DNA of 36,734 bases from Octopus bimaculoides (lineage: Eukaryota): the NCBI RefSeq assembly GCF_001194135.2, contig NC_069001.1, positions 21,407,436 to 21,444,169 on the forward strand. Direction: 5' to 3'. The first letter of the stretch is position 1, and each line of letters starts with the position of its first letter. The notes below the pieces were generated by a model. That model saw nothing but the letters and a program-made list of their open reading frames with translations, did not search any database and was not told the origin of the DNA. The position numbers and the translations under genes are program-made. Positions 1-12,489 of the stretch are shown piece by piece.

Positions 1-247
1 AAAGATAGTGCTCATGGGAACTGCCCATATCCTACGTAAAATACTGTCTATGTGATCTCAAATTTTAAAGCAAACACATAATTTTCTTATGGTTTCTTAA
101 ACATTCACTTGAACAAAACTGTACAAATCCAAATATATGGTACCCTAGGCATAACACCTACATGAACTTCTAACTTGTTGTCTCTTGAGGTCTCTGGGTG
201 AGACTTGGATCCAACTTGTACAAATGCAAAACAAAAGTCAAACATAA
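1..247 (+). mobile_element. 3' end of an RLE-type (R4/Dong-like) non-LTR retrotransposon: ORF C-terminus plus 3' UTR
   Basis: Bases 2-55 translate KIVLMGTAHILRKILSM*, the typical C-terminal helix of RLE-clade ORFs. A ~190-nt UTR follows and runs directly into (TAA)n. Confidence 0.75.

Positions 248-288
<41 letters not shown>
248..288. repeat. (AAT)13 microsatellite, tail or target of the flanking retroelements
   Basis: Read directly from sequence. Confidence 0.95.
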
Positions 289-290
<2 letters not shown>

Positions 291-811
291 GCCCTGATGC
301 AGTACCAGGCAGTGGCTCGCATGGCTTCTGATCTTAACTGGTTGGAAGTGTTATGTACATTGCTTTGCCTTGGTATAAAAGATGGGCTATAGCAAATATT
401 CTGCTCAATAGCAAAGATTTACTTGTTTGACCTTAGCCAGTTGAGCATGTCCTTTGTGGCTGACGATATGTGCATCTGTGATCACGAGCAGAAGTAGTGG
501 GAGAGCATCATAGCCATGTGTTGAGAGGAATTCTTTGGAGTTTAGATAACTCACCTTTGTAAACATGGGTGTTTTGTTCAACATCCTTAAACAAACCTTA
601 TTCAGGGACCTTTTGAGTGGGATGGGCTACTCGACCTGAAGAACGTTCTAACTGGGCCTCACTTGACATATGAGATCATTATGTCACACACTTATCGTTG
701 TGATGCATGTGCCTGGTGTACCCTTATCAGACGGGTAATCATGATGGGTATTCTGGGCTTCGTATATTTTACCCCAGTGCCACTTTGATGGCATGTATTG
801 CTCTCTGACTC
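289..811 (-). mobile_element. ~520-bp interspersed non-coding retroelement-like repeat, copy 1 (apparently full length)
   Basis: Bounded by (AAT)n on the left and (CAA)n(TAA)n on the right, and homologous to 865-1128. Strand is inferred from the one-sided truncation of copy 2. Confidence 0.65.
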
Positions 812-850
<39 letters not shown>

Positions 851-864
851 AATAATAATAATAA
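811..864. repeat. (CAA)13(TAA)5 compound microsatellite
   Basis: Read directly from sequence. Confidence 0.95.
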
Positions 865-1128
865 ATGTCCTGATGCAGTACCATGCAGTAGCTCTCATGG
901 ATTCTAATCTTAACCGATTGGAAGTGCTTTCATGTACATGTTTTGTTTTGGTATAAAAAGATGTTTGACCTTAGTGAGCATGTCCCTTAGTGGCTGATGA
1001 TATACGCATCTCTGATTACGAGCAGAAGAAGTGAACGAGCATCATAGCCATGTGCTGAGAGAAATTCTTTGGGGTTTGAATAATTCAGTTAGGGAAAACA
1101 TGTGTTTCATACATTGGCCTCAAACAAA
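865..1128 (-). mobile_element. Truncated, diverged copy 2 of the 289-811 element
   Basis: atgtcctgatgcagtaccatgcagtagctctcatgg... aligns with atgccctgatgcagtaccaggcagtggctcgcatgg... at 289. It has an internal deletion of ~45 bp, and similarity is lost near 1128. Confidence 0.8.
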
Positions 1129-1910
1129 CACACACGAACACACGCACAAACACACATAAACACGCAGACAGACAGAAACACACAGACATACACTCAAACC
1201 CTTCATTTAGTCTCAGTCTTACCTCTTCTCAGCAAACACATCTATACAAACACACGCACGCGCGCACATACGAGCATGCATAAACCCAGACATAAGACTA
1301 ATTCTCAGGCAGAGGCAAAGCAGACCTTGCAGCAAGAAGTGAGGCCACCAGGACCCACTGGAAATTTTGCGAACAACCACGAAAGAAACTTGATTAACAA
1401 ACAAACCAATCGATTGTTTAACCAACACATTAAACAACCAGCCATTTAGTTAGTTGATTAGATGTTTAACCAATTGACTAACAATAAAGAAGTGAAATCG
1501 ACTCGGCATATGTGTTATTGTTATTGGCGTAAAGACGCTACCAAGACGCAACGAAATTTATAGCCAGTTTATAATTAACGCTTGAAACAGCAGCTTATCT
1601 TGATCAGCATTATTTGAATTTTAGAGGTCTTTGACTGGAACAGCGTCATATATAAATCTTTTTCCTAATCGGAAAGGTAAACTGGTGGTCAATTTAATAT
1701 ATTTCGTAAGGAAGAGATTTTTTAACATTTCTTGAATGACTATTGGTATTCTTAATTATGATCCTTAAAATATACCTAAATAAAGACGGTGTGAGATAAA
1801 TAAATACGGAAGAACTATTAAATACTCATGGAGAAATATTCTTTGCAAAATTTCAAAATTTCAACGGAAACCGACGTAAAATATAAGAATTATTACAAGT
1901 GATTCCTTAC

Positions 1911-1923
1911 TTCTCTGTTTCAT
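1911..1923 (-). CDS. Candidate 13-nt micro-exon, product unknown
   Basis: Minus strand reads poly-T...ctAG|atgaaacagagaa|GTAAGG, with strong splice signals on both sides. No homology support. Confidence 0.25.
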
Positions 1924-2854
1924 CTAGAAAAAAAAAAAAAAGCATTTTATCGAATTATTCTGTTGGAAATAAGTTGATGTGACAAACTGTCTAACTCTTA
2001 GCAGAATTCAAGTTGGTTTATGTATGTCTTACATTGTTTAGGATTATCTTCAAATTATTTATAGAGGAAAACTACATTGAAGGAAATAAATATATCATAT
2101 CTACATTATAGAGAAAGAAGCCAGAAAAAGGAAAAAAAATAATATAATTAACATAATCTAATATCCCCCTTTTATGATAATAATCTTTGTTGGCGTTCAT
2201 TTGGTAAGCAGATTTACAGGAAGACTGTGTATTTACTGATAAAATAGAGAAAACAGAAATGAAAGCGTTGCATACAAATAGGATAACGATTTAGATAAAG
2301 AACGCTTTGCTTCTTGTCAAACTTCGGAAAATCGCTTCATATTTCTCTACTAATGGAATTAAGTCCAAAGGACCTTGGTTTAAGAATGCAATCATGATAA
2401 ATTCTTCAAGGCTAAGTTCAACATTTTCTTTCAGATTCTGGCATTTCGAGTGTTTATAATTTAGATTACGTTAAAGAGGCACTCGATATGGAATACATAT
2501 GTAAGAGATTAATTTTAGCTTAAATAAACAGAGATAATTTTTTCTTTCAATATGCGATAACATAAGCATTTTCTATCGCCATTTTGTTTTCCAAATGTTT
2601 TGCTTTGATTTTACTTTCCATTGTTAAATATTGTTTGGAAATCTGTGTTAAAAGACTTTAAAATTTATTTCAAGATTACAAAGAAAGCACGTTATCATTC
2701 TTCCTTCCATGTATAACAGAAAATGTATACGCGATGCAAATTTGATTATGATTTGGAGATAACATATTTTAAAGAGTTTTGTTTTATCTGTTGCCTTGTC
2801 TCTCAAGAACTGACTTATAACATATTTCATATAGTAACGTTAATTGTCTCTCAC

Positions 2855-3110
2855 CAAAGAGTTTCTCTTGCTATGCAGAATTTCACTGATAACTAATGTT
2901 TATATTTTATGGTTGTTGTTTAGCGCCATAGCTCTATCATCAAAACGTGCGGTCAATGACATTCTCGTTCAGGGCGCTAAAACTTTCCACCTTACGTAGG
3001 GTATAGACTATTATAGGATCAGATGAGTGCTTCTCGTATTTTTTGACATCAAGGCGTGATTTGAGAGAAAACCTCAGTTCAATGGATGACAGGCATTTCA
3101 TAGTTGTGCG
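2855..3110 (-). CDS. Candidate exon pair (~2996-3110 and 2855-2885) joined by a 110-nt intron, product unknown
   Basis: GTAAGG and GTGAGA donors and an AG acceptor; the phase-compatible join reads ...KKYEKHSSDPIIVYTL-L-KFCIARETL. The 5' boundary is uncertain. Confidence 0.2.
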
Positions 3111-5040
3111 GCCACTTAATTGTCTTGTATGCCATCATATTTTATATCTATGGCAGTATATTAGAAACTGGGAAGGCAATTAAAAACTGGGAAGTATATT
3201 AGAAAACTGCAAGTACTGGGAATAGAAACAGAATTTTCGAGTGAGATTAAATTCTGTCAATATTTTCAGAGTCACTAATCTCGAAATAATGCTCTATTCA
3301 ACTTCACAATAGTAATTTGTTTGAAATGGCAGAACGTAAGGTTTGCTGAAGAATATATAGTAAATATAGAACGATTTTGCTTTTAGAACATGTATAAAAA
3401 CACCGTTTTATCGTATATATATTAAAAATATACTGATGTGCGTTTAAAATTAATGAAATAATTGTATGTGGGTTTAAAAGCTAATAGTTTACATGTATGA
3501 TTATTCCTAATTTATTTTGCTATCTATCTATCATTCATAGTTCTTAAGTAAACCCTCATGTCCTAGCTAATGGCCGACGATGAAACCAATTTAGGAGGAA
3601 GAAGAATGAATAATAATAAATAAGTATTGTATTTCTGTATACATGTTATTGTATGTCGTAGAGGAAGACGGATTCAAGAAGGAATAAATATACAATGTAA
3701 ATATCAAACTGAGTTTGGAATTGACCAGCTTAAGCAGATAATTAATAATATGCAGAACATTATATAGCTTAAATATAATCTATTTGTTATGCAGTTAATT
3801 ACTAGTGTCGCAGGTCCACAAAATTTTGTGCAGTTCACCATGTAAGATGGGATGAACAAACCATTTCCGCAAATGTTATCTATTAACCAGAGTACAAGAA
3901 AAAATGGGTGAGAATTTTGAAAGTGTGATAGTAGTAATCCAAGTTAGTTCCATACAGCTACATATGTATGAAGGTTTATCACTCTTGAGCATTGATTGTA
4001 ACGTCTTGCACAATATTACCATTACGAAATATCAGAAAGTACATTCATTCTTTACTTTACTTGGAAAGCGTAGTTCACAAATGATGGTTACTGCTCCTCA
4101 AGAAAGCATGAGACAAGCTTTCTTTTGGCTTTATTATAGAGAGAGTTCTGTAAATTTCACGCCTCATCAATTCCCTTGCTTTATGGTAATTTGCTTGTCT
4201 CTTCATTTTTCCACTTTTGTAGTTTGCCAGATATTCACTAAGTGCACACTGCATTACATATATTTTGATATTTGTGTTTTGCAATATGACTTGTTTACTA
4301 AATCTTGCAGGCGTGTGAGTGACTCTATAAGGTCTTCCTCACTACCTAAGCTGGTGTAAAAGAGAGTTGAGATGTCAAATAATAGTGTCTATAATTAAGT
4401 TATACTGGGAAGGCTTGATTTGGGTTCATACGCAAGGGGAGAGTTAGTTTTTATTGGGATCTGTAAGGAAGCGAAAAGTTAGATCCATTTTCTCTTAGTG
4501 ACTTTCATACTTGTTTTCTGAACTTACGTTAAGCTGTTTTCTTTCCCCGTTCATTATAAAGCAGCGGAGGTGTGTATTTCAGATGTGTATGTAACTTACT
4601 TTGAAATGATATAAAAAATAGCTCCCAGAAATAATATTTTGAGTGGTTTCTGTCCGTTGAAAGTTTTGAACATTTAAATACGATAAAATATTTAAAAGAA
4701 TCAAAATTGTTGAATTGACTCCAGTAGAATCGAGACAAGAAAGGTTTCAAAATTCTACATGCAGAAATGTATTTGATTTCTGAATCCAACACACGGTGCA
4801 TAATTTTTACGTGATACATGATTTGGCTTTAAAATTCCTACAATATACGTCATATAACATCTATATTAGATGTATTAGCGCCGTAGTGATATTATCTTGC
4901 ATTATATATGTATAAGAAAACAGAAACTTTTGATTAATGATTATTTGAATTATGTATGGAGGTGGCAAAAGGAGAGAATCAGCTGGAATCTTTCCAATTA
5001 TCAACAGACATTTGTGTGAATAATTATATTTTATATTTTA

Positions 5041-5225
5041 CTTTTCATCTTTACTTGTTTCACGGGTTTTGGTAGGGCAAATAAACCCAGTACTTATTTT
5101 TAAAGCCTGCTACTATTCGTTCTGTCTCTTATACCAAACTACCAAGTTATGGGGATATAAATAAACCAGCACCGGTTTTCAAGCGGTGGTGGGGAACAAA
5201 CACAAACATATACATACATATGTAA
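5041..5225 (-). mobile_element. SINE, 3' half (family A, cephalopod-type SINE with a central microsatellite)
   Basis: Shares ttacttgtttca...agtacttatt...caccggtt.tcaagcggtgg with 18826, 23578, 20560 and 36335. Confidence 0.75.
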
Positions 5226-6007
5226 ATTAAAGAGTGTAGGAAATGGAGAAGGCAAATCCGTACTACATATGTCTCTGATCCAATCTAAACTTATCTTGCC
5301 TAACTCAAATTCCCGTTTCATTGCCTTGTTTTGACAGACCTTGCCCCATTTGTTCCCACCGTCTCCCTTCTCCTAATGCCTACCCTCTTTCTCCTTTAAT
5401 AAACTGACTTTCTAAAACGCATTCTATTCCCTCAAATGTTGCTTGCCTCCCGATGAATTTCATTTGGTATTTGACCAAGCTGTTTCCTACCATTCTGTTG
5501 TGGCCAAAATTAGGAGATTCTTCATTTCTCTCTTTGCGACAATGCCTTCCACCCGTAGGTAATACGACCTGAAGGAAAGCTGAGCTGCATATATATGTGT
5601 TGCATCTTTTGATTACGTATAACGTTCAGATTGGCTTGGAAAGAATTGTAATACTGATTTGCCTTCTCCATTCCCTAGACCCTTTAATTTATAATCGTAT
5701 AATTAGAAATCTTCGTTGCATAGTGGCAGTCATATTATCGAAGTCACCATCTAATTCGATATGGAATGAAATATATAACATGGATTACATACGTTGATTA
5801 ATAAACATTTTTGATCGAATATCTTCAGCTTTATGTCAATTGTACAAAAACGTGTACATGCTTACTAAGTACCTGTACCAAGACGTTTTGGAGATCACAC
5901 TGCTCTACCACTACACACGTATACACACAGACACGCAGATACTCACACTCAGATACACACACACATACACGCACACACACACACGTCTATATACAATGTA
6001 TGCAATG

Positions 6008-6150
6008 CGTATTTTCAGTTTCTGTCTATCAAATCTACTTACAAGGCTCTGTTTGGCTCGGGGCTATAGTAGAAAACACTTGCTCGAGATGCAACGCAGT
6101 GGGAGGGAACTTGCAGCCAGGATTGGAAACCAAAGTTCTTACCTCACAGT
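6008..6150 (-). mobile_element. SINE, 5' half (family A)
   Basis: ttcagtttctgtctatcaaatc...gctatagtagaaaacacttgc...gcagtggga matches 20128, 27979 and 36335. Confidence 0.75.
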
Positions 6151-6971
6151 TACACACAATTATGCAATAATACATTATATGTACAATTTATGCGATAATA
6201 AAATATGCAATATTAGTAATTTAGCAGTAATGGGAGCTTGAGATGTCAATTTCAGAGCTTCTTAAATAAGTTATATCTATCTGGGCCAATATGCTGAGTT
6301 TGACCACTTTTAAATATTAAAAATTTTTTATTGGGGTGTATTTGTTTCATTTATTGTATATTATTGTATAAGTTGCATACCCAGTAGCGTGAGCAATATA
6401 TTTCACCTTCTTTGTGTATATTCGGCATATACACATCAGATGTTAGCGAGTGGTTTATTTAATATACTATTTGAAGCGCTGTTGAGACAACGCTTGGTGC
6501 TTTAAGTATTGACATGTCACATAAACTAAAAATATAGGATCCATTACGTCTTAATTTTTCATTTCATGTATTCGAGTTGATAATAAATCATTTTATTAAA
6601 TACTTAACTTTGATGTTATTTAGTGAATGTATTGTTTCCTGCTACCGACAATGTTAGCTGTTGCGTTATGACAGAGTTGTAAAATGTAATACAGCTGCGA
6701 CCCACTTACAGCATATCTTCTTGCCTCCGTTTGGTCTAAATAGATATTATTCTTTATCAGTTTTGACTGTACAAATAAATAAATAATTTATTAGATGCTC
6801 GTTGTGCACCGAACTACAATCGTGCTGTATTTTATATATAAGTCGACCTCAGCATTGTTTTTAGCAATCCCTGGTCAAAATTATAAATTACTAACCCACC
6901 TCTGAAAACTGTATAGTACCTCAAAATATTTTACCTTTTACTAATGTTAAAAATCAATGTTATTTTCCAAT

Positions 6972-7061
6972 TTCTTCTTCTTCTTCTTCTTCTTCTTCTT
7001 CTTCTTCTTCTTCTTCTTCTTCTTCTTCTTCTTCTTCTTCTTCTTCTTCTTCTTCTTCTTC
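6972..7061. repeat. (TTC)30 microsatellite
   Basis: Read directly from sequence. Confidence 0.97.
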
Positions 7062-7401
7062 AAAAAGAATTCTTATAACCTGTTGTGATTTTATTTATTA
7101 GTGTGTGCTTTTGGAACGGTCGTGGTTACTGCAGCGTTCGTTAATCTAGCGTTTGTTTAGTAAAATATTTCTGGGTTTGTCTTTGTTCGGATGCACATTC
7201 CTGATACGCAGACATTAATTTCCATACATTGGCGTTTTCTAAAAAAAACAAACAAACAAAAACAAACAAACAAATAAATAAATAAATAAAATAAAAGATA
7301 AAAAAAGCAAATCAAGTTGCTAATAGCAAACATATTGGCGAAGAAAATTTATACATGCTCAATTTAATATCTAACTCACAGCATTTTTCAATTTTCCAAT
7401 G

Positions 7402-7460
<59 letters not shown>
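7402..7460. repeat. (TAC)n microsatellite
   Basis: Read directly from sequence. Confidence 0.95.
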
Positions 7461-7609
7461 TATATATCAGCTTGAACACAATCTTTATGATTTTCATGTT
7501 TCTTTCTTATCCTTGTGTTTTCCTTCTTATTAGTCTTCACATTCTTCTTGATATTACATTTCATACAATTTTTATTTTTTATTTTACTGTTATAGCACTG
7601 GCTGTAATT

Positions 7610-7652
7610 TCTATTATTATTATTATTATCATTCCCATTCTCATTATTATTA

Positions 7653-7689
<37 letters not shown>

Positions 7690-7750
7690 CGTTATTCTTT
7701 TTACAGATTTCAGATAAATTCTTTTATCTGAAAGGAAACCAGAAGAGCGA

Positions 7751-7820
<70 letters not shown>

Positions 7821-7832
7821 CGTGTGTGTGTG
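7610..7832. repeat. Interrupted (ATT)n tract followed by an (AT)n(GT)n compound microsatellite
   Basis: Read directly from sequence (about 7610-7689 and 7755-7832). Confidence 0.9.
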
Positions 7833-8694
7833 TATTTAAATGCAGATGTATATGCACACGCACATACACACATATGTTTTTTAATAAAATAAATTGAACT
7901 GACGTCCGATATTTAGGTTTTAAGCGATTTCAATTCATTCTTACGCAGAGAAACACTGCACACGAAAGGAAAGAACTTATAATCAGCCATGAAACGCACA
8001 TACACTTGCACACATACACACATTCATAAACACAGATAAAACAAATACGAATATAGATACACAGAATATAAACATTCGTAATCCACTTGCTCCACATACA
8101 TCTATAGGTTTAGTCATGATTATATACGAAAATATATACTTCAGAAACATACGCAATATATTCGTATGATTCTTTCAGACTATAGATATATGAATTTACA
8201 TATACGATTGAACATATATATCTTGTTTGTATTTCATATTTTTACTGTATACGTTCTTTGTTCGTGTGTGATTTCTAAACGAATCGTAGAGGTTGTGTAC
8301 AGTTTTTGTTTCTACTTTTTTCTTTATGGATGGATAAGTTTTTAAATATCTCAAAAAGGAAGTTGTTTGTTACTCAATGTGAAAAAGTCATAGAAACTAA
8401 TGCTAAATATGAAAACAAAATGCCTTTAACAATAACAACGTATCTAAAGAGAAAAAAACCCCACAAAACAGGCACAAAAATTACTATGGTGGATTATGTA
8501 TTTTTTACAATAAAAAATTGTTTAACTAAGTCGAATGTCAATCATTCTAAATCTACTGATCGAGAAGTAATCTGAGAAATAAAGAAATAAGTAGACCAAT
8601 ATCAAAATAAAATTGTAACTGCATACTATCATTTTATTTAGCTTAGAGGCACATGTATATGCATACACAAATACATGGATACGTGCGTATGTGC

Positions 8695-8925
8695 AGATAG
8701 GCACACACACACATACACACACACATATATATGTTTACACACCCATATATATATATGTATACACACACATATATATATATGTATATACATACACAATATA
8801 TATATATATACATATATATACATATACACACCTATATTTATTCATCTTTCTACACACACGGATATATATGTATATACACACAATTGCACATACACGCGCA
8901 CGCACGCACACACACGTGCGCGTAC
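8695..8925. repeat. Degenerate (CA)/(TA) low-complexity tract
   Basis: Read directly; it is the source of several spurious ORFs. Confidence 0.9.
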
Positions 8926-11297
8926 GCAAGGATCTAGAGTCTAGTATCACGTAACCTCATCGGACATCTTCAAGAAACAACAATTGTTAAAAATTCCATT
9001 GTCACAATAACAGATCGTTTATGCAAGTGATCTGAAGTTGCACTGTCTAAGCTCATCAACAACCAAACCGATTGCTGGAATCTGCCCATTGCAGGCATTA
9101 TTTCGTTTATCATAAATCTCTCCATACCTCAACGAAGTGATGACTAGCCGCATTACCAAGCTACGCCTTGAAATAAATCCTACCGTCAAGAGTGAAGCAG
9201 AATCAGAAATATTTCCAAACGCAGCCCATCTCTGATGTTTTGTAGAGACTGTACACCATTTGAGGAAACCTATGTTTCGCAGTTTCTAGTTATATCGCCA
9301 GTGCACAGTTTCGTCAAAAGGAGATTTATAATCGCTTTGATGAAAGAAATTATCACAATGTTTATGCATCAAAACAGTCGACGTGTCCATTGGCAGGAAT
9401 CCAAGCTGAAATCTTAGATCCCGTCTTGTCCTTATAATGTTGCTGAGCCCCGCAGAAAAGGCCGTTGTAAGCTAAAAGGGGGTAAAACGATAAGACTTTA
9501 TATACTACCTACCATGCCAACAATCACAATTTCTACACAGATCCCATACCAGTGTCAAATGTTCCCCATGATCTAGAGAATTCAAACACTTCTAAAGTTT
9601 TCTGAGATACCATTAACTCAAAGCCCAGCAACTTAACAGACCAAAAAGGGAGCTAGACGGAAAATGTCAGTTTAAAATTCTAATAGACCAAGATGTCAGC
9701 TCACTCTCAAGCAATTCTCGAATGACCTCGCAGAAATACTAGGTCTGTAATTAATTAAATCAATTTACTTTAGTTTAACTTCTGAAAAATCTGCTACTTC
9801 CAAACCTTCAGTTATATAATCATAGGGTCAAAGATGATTCATAAAATCATCCGAGAAGATCCAAAACTCCTTGAAGCAGAAAATTAACGACAAAGTGTCT
9901 CCATTTGATTGCGTATGGGTGAATCATGCCAGATCATGGCTACAACTCGTTTGATAGGATAAACGTAGAAGTTTATACTAAAGTTGGACATTCAATTCTG
10001 TAGTTAATGTATCTTGTCATTAGGCTCCAGATCTATATAGATCTATCTTTGTATATTGTGAAGATATCAGGGCATTTCGATTATGTAGCCATTGTTTAGA
10101 TATATGTTTTGTTAAATCATGACCCGTTGTAGTTTAGACTTTACAATGTTTACAACATCGTGTAAACAACTAAAATTGTGTATCTTACTATAGAAAGTTG
10201 TGCTATCAGCTTCAGAAATAATATCAAAATATAAAGTGAGCTTTTAATATAAATTATGATAGCTTTGCCTGACCATTGAATTAAAAACAGAACTGCTATA
10301 GGGATGTTTTCCGCGTGTGTTTTGTGTTTGGGATATGAAATAGTTTAATTTTATCTCGTAGATATTATGTGTCTATCTAGTCGATGCGTCGGGCTATAAG
10401 ACAGGCTGGATCACATTTTCACTGGCTAGAGCCTGGGGTAGGGATATACATTATGGAAGATGCTATATATGATAGAGTCTGAGGACTAAGAAGTCGATTT
10501 ACTAGCAGCGATTGCATACTACTTAGTAGGGGCTGTCAGGGAAGAACATAAACTTACAGACATGTTTAGCAAAAAAAAAAAAAAAAAAAAAAGCAAAGTG
10601 AATTAGTAAGCGTATTTTGATGCAAAGAAATTTACATGGGCAACAAATGTCTGCTCAAATTATAAACAATCTAATTGCAGCACCAAATATTCTTGGCAGA
10701 ATATTCAAGAATTGCATAAATAAAAATGCCGATTTGTTTCTAGGATAGAATATTTATCTTGGACATTTTAGCAAAATATGCATCGTGGGTATTGAGATGT
10801 TTCTTAAACAATATTCTACTAAGCCCGTTATTTTGGCAGAGTATAAACGTATTACAATGATCTATGAATATGTTAGACTAATGTGCTTGAGAGCATGAGG
10901 TACATACACATTCATACAAATGATGAAAACAAAGATACGTAAACATGCGGCATATTTTAGGGTATCTAATATATGCTAAATTTGTAAACTTCGTTGGTTT
11001 ATTTCAAGTTGTATACGGAAATATATCATCCTGTAAATCTATATGTACTCTACATACATACACACACACACACAGAGTACATATGTATACATGTCATTAT
11101 GTGAGTGTGCGTGTATATAATATATACCATAAGTATGTATATATACACATATTAGGTGACGAGAACAGGAAAATAGTACTCAAAATATGAGTATATATGT
11201 ATTTGATAAATACTAACGCATGAATCTCTCAATCTCTCGGCCCTTCATTTACTCTTTAGCCATGTGTGAGTGTATATATATATAATTATATATATAT

Positions 11298-12278
11298 NNN
11301 NNNNNNNNNNNNNNNNNNNNNNNNNNNNNNNNNNNNNNNNNNNNNNNNNNNNNNNNNNNNNNNNNNNNNNNNNNNNNNNNNNNNNNNNNNNNNNNNNNNN
11401 NNNNNNNNNNNNNNNNNNNNNNNNNNNNNNNNNNNNNNNNNNNNNNNNNNNNNNNNNNNNNNNNNNNNNNNNNNNNNNNNNNNNNNNNNNNNNNNNNNNN
11501 NNNNNNNNNNNNNNNNNNNNNNNNNNNNNNNNNNNNNNNNNNNNNNNNNNNNNNNNNNNNNNNNNNNNNNNNNNNNNNNNNNNNNNNNNNNNNNNNNNNN
11601 NNNNNNNNNNNNNNNNNNNNNNNNNNNNNNNNNNNNNNNNNNNNNNNNNNNNNNNNNNNNNNNNNNNNNNNNNNNNNNNNNNNNNNNNNNNNNNNNNNNN
11701 NNNNNNNNNNNNNNNNNNNNNNNNNNNNNNNNNNNNNNNNNNNNNNNNNNNNNNNNNNNNNNNNNNNNNNNNNNNNNNNNNNNNNNNNNNNNNNNNNNNN
11801 NNNNNNNNNNNNNNNNNNNNNNNNNNNNNNNNNNNNNNNNNNNNNNNNNNNNNNNNNNNNNNNNNNNNNNNNNNNNNNNNNNNNNNNNNNNNNNNNNNNN
11901 NNNNNNNNNNNNNNNNNNNNNNNNNNNNNNNNNNNNNNNNNNNNNNNNNNNNNNNNNNNNNNNNNNNNNNNNNNNNNNNNNNNNNNNNNNNNNNNNNNNN
12001 NNNNNNNNNNNNNNNNNNNNNNNNNNNNNNNNNNNNNNNNNNNNNNNNNNNNNNNNNNNNNNNNNNNNNNNNNNNNNNNNNNNNNNNNNNNNNNNNNNNN
12101 NNNNNNNNNNNNNNNNNNNNNNNNNNNNNNNNNNNNNNNNNNNNNNNNNNNNNNNNNNNNNNNNNNNNNNNNNNNNNNNNNNNNNNNNNNNNNNNNNNNN
12201 NNNNNNNNNNNNNNNNNNNNNNNNNNNNNNNNNNNNNNNNNNNNNNNNNNNNNNNNNNNNNNNNNNNNNNNNNNNNNN
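11298..12278. other. Assembly gap (N run)
   Basis: N run. Confidence 1.
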
Positions 12279-12434
12279 TGTGATTTTAACTTACAGCATT
12301 CAATTATTAAACATTCATAATTGGAATGAATAAATAAAATTGATTATTAATTATTAATGCAATTTTTTAGTTACTGTCGTGTGACTATTGGCCAACCCTG
12401 TGTATATTTACACATATATTAATGTGTGTGTGTG

Positions 12435-12477
<43 letters not shown>

Positions 12478-12489
12478 CTTCTATTTTCT

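Noticed and set aside
690-811. Possible HDV-like ribozyme at the putative 5' end of the 520-bp element (GGGTAA/TTACCC pairing)
   Set aside because: I could not build the full double pseudoknot (P1.1, P4 and the J4/2 cytosine).
1300-1600. CpG-containing stretch with CCAAT-like motifs, possibly a promoter
   Set aside because: No identifiable downstream gene or start site supports it.
2435-2499. Plus-strand exon-like segment DSGISSVYNLDYVKEALDMEYI, and similar ones at 3814-3841, 7707-7750 and 10381-10437
   Set aside because: Splice-like flanks are present, but I could not chain them in phase; chance matches are expected in AT-rich DNA.
5760-5895. CTGAAGA followed by an ATTCGAT/ATCGAAT stem (minus strand) and a nearby AAACGTC
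   Set aside because: No GAAA core or valid stem III/UH site in the right position; at most a decayed relic.
8306-8575. 89-aa plus-strand ORF (MDKFLNISKR...)
   Set aside because: Lys/Asn/Thr-rich composition mirrors the A-rich DNA, with no recognisable motif.
11266-12333. Long ORFs of 337-355 aa, and similar ones at 17933, 21879, 27313 and 28366-29226
   Set aside because: Their length comes from N gaps.
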